Below are positions 59,638-64,000 of a stretch of 64,000 nt of DNA, in pieces. Both the position numbers and the translations under genes were made by a program. This stretch comes from Eledone cirrhosa (lineage: Eukaryota). The stretch covers positions 1-64,000 of the forward strand of contig CAXHJY010001202.1 of NCBI GenBank assembly GCA_964016885.1, in the 5' to 3' direction. The notes beneath the pieces are model-generated. The model did not search any database. It was given only the letters and a program-made list of their open reading frames with translations, and was not told the DNA's origin. Position 1 is the stretch's first letter. Every line of letters begins with the position of its first letter.

Positions 59638-60240
59638 ATGGTGGATGCCAACTCGTTTTCGAGTACGGCCACTACTTTATATCCATGTAGGAGAACCCCT
59701 ACCGATGCGCTGAACGAGTGTGACTTTTTAGTCCAGCCAGCGACTTGAAAACTCTGGTACAAACACTACACTTGTGACAATTATTGACACATAGTGCTGG
59801 GCCCATGGTACCATGTGACAAGTGCAGAGAGATCTCCAGATATAAAGCAATGCCTGTGCCGTGAAGCTGTTATAGTGAGCAAAGGCACTGCACAAAGCCA
59901 GTCCCACTCTCTTAACCAAGATGATATTTACCAAAAAGAAGAACAAGTCAACATCATTGGATACCATCAGAGTTGCAGGTGTTATATCAGAGTTTTCCTT
60001 CCCCTAGAATTCTGCCTTGACAAAGGCTAAGGGGTCATCTCTCCCGGTGATTTTGGATGGCCATTGACTCTTAAGAGCTCCTTTGCGCTTTGACAGGTTT
60101 TGTTTTTAGTCCTGCAGGATGTCCAAAGTCACCCTCCTCACCAAGAAATCTTGGTGGCGTTGCCAGTTTAGTCGCCAACGACCCGACCATGGGACAGGTT
60201 GTACTGGGATACATGTTACCAGTAGCACCAACTGGTGAAT
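59638..60240 (-). mobile_element. Family A retroposon, longest copy (includes the ~190-nt head)
   Basis: Same body as 47793-48202 plus head 60048-60240; (CATA)n on both sides. Confidence 0.88.
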
Positions 60241-60259
60241 ACATACATACATACATACA

Positions 60260-60803
60260 TGATGGCATCCCTCTCGTTATCGAGTATGGCCATTGCACGA
60301 TATCCCATTATTTATAATTAATTAATTCTATCGTGCAATGCCTGTGCGTGAAGATTCTCTTTTAAAGTAAGGAAAGACTGTGCACTGAGCCAATCCCACT
60401 CTCTGAGCGACAGTAGATAGAACCCGAAAAGAAAAAAGATCAATATCATCGGTAACTACTGAGCCGCAGGTTTTATGTCGTAGTTATCCCAGTTTCCTGA
60501 GTTGCCTTCTCCTAGAAGAATGCCCTGGCAAAGGCTAGGGGTCCTTCACTCCCAGTGGTTTAACCGCGCGATTGAATATCCAGCCTGATTACTTCTATGT
60601 CCCCGCGCTTATATATACATATGTATACATGTATATATATATATATATATATATGATGGCCGTTGACTCTTATGAGTGCTTCCGCTCTTTGTCAGGTTTT
60701 GTTTTTTGTCCTGCGGAGTGTCCAAAAACTCCCTCCTCACCAAGTAAACCTGGTCGGGTTGCGGGTTTAGTCGCCGACGACCCAACTATGCGACATGTTG
60801 TCC
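60260..60803 (-). mobile_element. Family B retroposon
   Basis: Reverse complement homolog of 43195-43700; head shared with family A. Confidence 0.8.
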
Positions 60804-60823
60804 ATACATACATACATACATAC

Positions 60824-63800
60824 AACAGTCAACGCGATCAGTCGCATATTTTGGTGTGGAAGACTATTTATTAAATTTAAGATGAATACTATCTCCGACA
60901 GTAATGCCACAACTACAGTCATGTTGAATAACTGGTTATTCTTCTAACTATATCTTCTGAAGACACCATTTATTTAAATTCGTAGAGATATCCGACTAAA
61001 TACATAATTCATTTTACAAGGATTTGCTACAAACAGAATGGCTGAACACAACATCAACAACAAAATTAAGGAAGTACCGAAGACAAGGAAGGTAAACAAA
61101 CTTTATTCAGTTGTAGCTACAGAAAAAAATCGAAATTATAAATCGCATTTCTCTTGGAGTTGCAAACTTAATAATGATTTATTCAATTGTTATAAAATGG
61201 TAAAAAACAATCCGTCCATTGGCTATATGAACAGAATGAAGCTACACTGGGACGAAATACACCCAGAGCTAAATTATTTCACAGCGAAACAATTACGCCA
61301 ACAAGCGACGTTTGTTGAACGTAAAAATAAGATAAATATTATTAATTGTAAGTCTCCCACAAAAAACATGTTATCAACAACACATGCTACAGGTCGCCAT
61401 GCTACTAGACTTCCTAGCAGCCAGGTCAAACAGTGCCTTGAAACAACTATGCCTGTAAGAAACATGACACCACCTGTACCATCTAAGTCTACCTCGAATG
61501 TTGGGTAAAACACTATCGATAACAATAATAATCGAAGAAATAATAATAATAATCGAAGAAATGTTACACTACGTATACCATCCGAGTCTACCTCGACTGT
61601 TGTGGAAAATACTATCGATAATGATAATAATCAAAAGTATAAACAATTGAAATGTTCCCTCAACGAAATCTTCCAGAGAGAAATTAATTCATGTATAAAT
61701 ATCTCTCTTGCTGAACGTATTAAAACGACAATGTTTAATAAAAAAAACAAATAATGAAATATTACATGTTATTGACGAAATAGGGGATGAATATTTACGA
61801 CAGATAAAAACCCCAACATTTTGGCAAATCAACGCTTGTTTATATGCCTTAGCAACGACATTGAAGCATTATCTTGGTGATAGCAGAGATATTAACAAGA
61901 ACAAAACACCACCAAAAATACCATCATATATAACTAAAATAGAAAAAAGATTGCTGACCTACGAAAAAACACAGGACATGTGACAATGCTCCTTACATGC
62001 AAACAAACACAAAAAACCTCACTCCTCACCAACAAAGAATTAAAAATAAAATAGAGACGATGTTTGGTAACAGTAGAACCAGAACTCTCAAATATCACCC
62101 TCAAATAAGAATAGAGAGCTGTTAGCGAAAAACGCCAATACCTGAAGAAGGTAGATGAGAGAAAAGTGCTTAATAAAAGATTCAGACGAAACCAAACATC
62201 AGTCCATAGAGATATGAAGGGCAAAATAATAAGTGTCACTGAGGCCCCATCCCAGAAAGACATAGATTGCTTTTGGATAAAAATATAGGGTGAAAAGAAG
62301 AATTTCAACCAAGATGCAGTGTGGCTAAGAGAAATCCGAAAGAACTATTACTCCTACACTACAACAAAAACATACGAAATAAGTGAGGTACCCTTGAGAC
62401 TGTGATAGGAAAACTCCAAGGTAAGAAAATACCAGGAAGAGACATGATTGTCGGCTACTCGTAGAAAAAACTGATATTCTATCGGAGGTATCTTACTGAC
62501 CTCTACCAACAAGTTCTTAAGGGAGATACACTTATACCAGAATGGTTGACATTAGCACAAACATTACTGGTCCCCAAGAACAAAGACACCCACTTGGCAA
62601 AAAACTACCGACCCATTGCATGCCAGAACTTTATGTATAAGATGTATACAGCCTGCCTGAACCTATTCCTCCAAGATCACTGTGAAAATAATAACATCAT
62701 CACAGATGAACAAGCAGCTGGAAAGAAAGGGGTTTGGGGATGTGCTGAACAACTCCTAATCAACGGAACTGCAAGGTCGGAGGTGCGACAACTTAGGAGG
62801 AATATGGCTACAGTCAGCTGGACTACAGGAAAGCTTTAGATTCTGTTCCCCACTCTTGGATGAGAGAGGCCCTCCAACTTGCTAAAGTCCCAGACATTAT
62901 TGTCAGAGCCATAGAGAGGCTGTCTTCTTCTTGGGCTACTATCCTAAGGTTAAAGACAAAGAGGGAGGACTCTATTTTCACTGATAAAATAATATATTGC
63001 AGGGGGATATTTCAGGGGGACAGTCTCTGTGATATTATTCATCTTGTCATTAAACACCTTGTCCTTTTGGCTCAAGAAATGTGAGGGATACATCATTGGC
63101 TCACAGGAGGACAGAAATACGAATCTAACCCATAATTTCTTTATGGACGATCTGAAACTCTATGCCAAGAACATGGATGGGATGAAGAAAAATCTTGACC
63201 TGGTTACAACGCTCTCAAAGGACATAGGAATGGAGTTTGGCCAAGATAAATGCTCATACATGACTGTAAAGCGGGGAAAAACAAGAACTCAATATAGCAA
63301 CATTGTCATCAACGGCCTAACTGTTTCACCGATATCTGATGAGGACTTCTACAGATACCTGGGGATAGATGAGAACATATCCTATAATGGTGTCTGTAAT
63401 AAAGAACGCGTAACCAGGGAATACTACACCCGATTAAGAAAGATCTGGTCATCGTAACTCTCTGCGCAAAACAAAACAGGGGCTCACAATGTGTTTGCTG
63501 TGCCTGTCCTAACACCAACGTTTGGAATACTCAATTGGACGACAGACGAAATCCGAGCAGTTGATGTTGGAACTCGAAAAATACTGAACAACACCGGAAA
63601 CTTCCACATCAACAGTGACATAGACCGCCTTTACTTGAAACGTAAGCAGGGAGGCAGAGGCCTAACATCAGTCCAGACAACATTTGAATGTCGCATCATA
63701 TCTCTCCGACATCTACGAACCTCGAAGCGTAGGATCCCGTTTCTCGAGCAAGTCTATCTGCATGAAACAGATAAGATCATGAGAGTTGGGAAGGAACTCC

Positions 63801-64000
63801 TCGAGAGATATTCCGTGTGATAATCAAAAGCTCACACCCAGGGAAGTCGCTCAGCAGTATCGCAGTGAATCCATGGATGAAAAACTGCATACTTATCAAC
63901 AAAAGATCATGCATGGATATGTTGCCAGGAAGCTCCAGAGTGAGAGTAATATAGATAAGGAAAGTAGTTTATCTTGAACCAACAACCGCTATATTGGCTC
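60824..64000 (+). mobile_element. R4/Dong-clade LINE, probably 5'-complete, degenerate, runs off the window end
   Basis: N-terminal W..KLN.DL..CY...GYM.RMK..W...HP....T.KQLRQQ domain, then RT (KNYRPIAC, FMDDLKLY, YRYLGI). High identity to 44768-46240. Begins right after (CATA)n. Confidence 0.93.

Overview
Eukaryotic, very AT-rich, microsatellite-dominated DNA with no host gene that I can support. The SINE repertoire and the (TA)n/(CA)n/(CATA)n density suggest an octopus or other cephalopod intergenic or intronic region (inference). Most ORF-track entries are microsatellite translations. The real coding remnants are all from transposons: a near-complete but disrupted Helitron RepHel (minus, ~33.8-38.6 kb) split by a SINE with a 13-bp TSD; two copies of an R4/Dong-type RLE LINE sitting in (CATA)n; RTE-clade LINE fragments, two of them with twin-priming-type 5' inversions; CRE-like RLE fragments; and short Penelope-like RT fragments. 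Non-coding elements include many tRNA-derived SINEs, hAT MITEs, non-autonomous Helitrons and bipartite RTE-derived retroposons. The most striking signal is a dispersed set of type-I hammerhead ribozyme motifs in short inserts inside (TA)n tracts, several followed by AATAAA and several with inverted ends. Five of them share an unusual long stem II with a fixed C-C mismatch at the 4th pair while the flanking pairs co-vary. This suggests a Penelope/retrozyme-like, microsatellite-associated ribozyme family with a distinctive hammerhead variant. All alignments and folds were done by eye.
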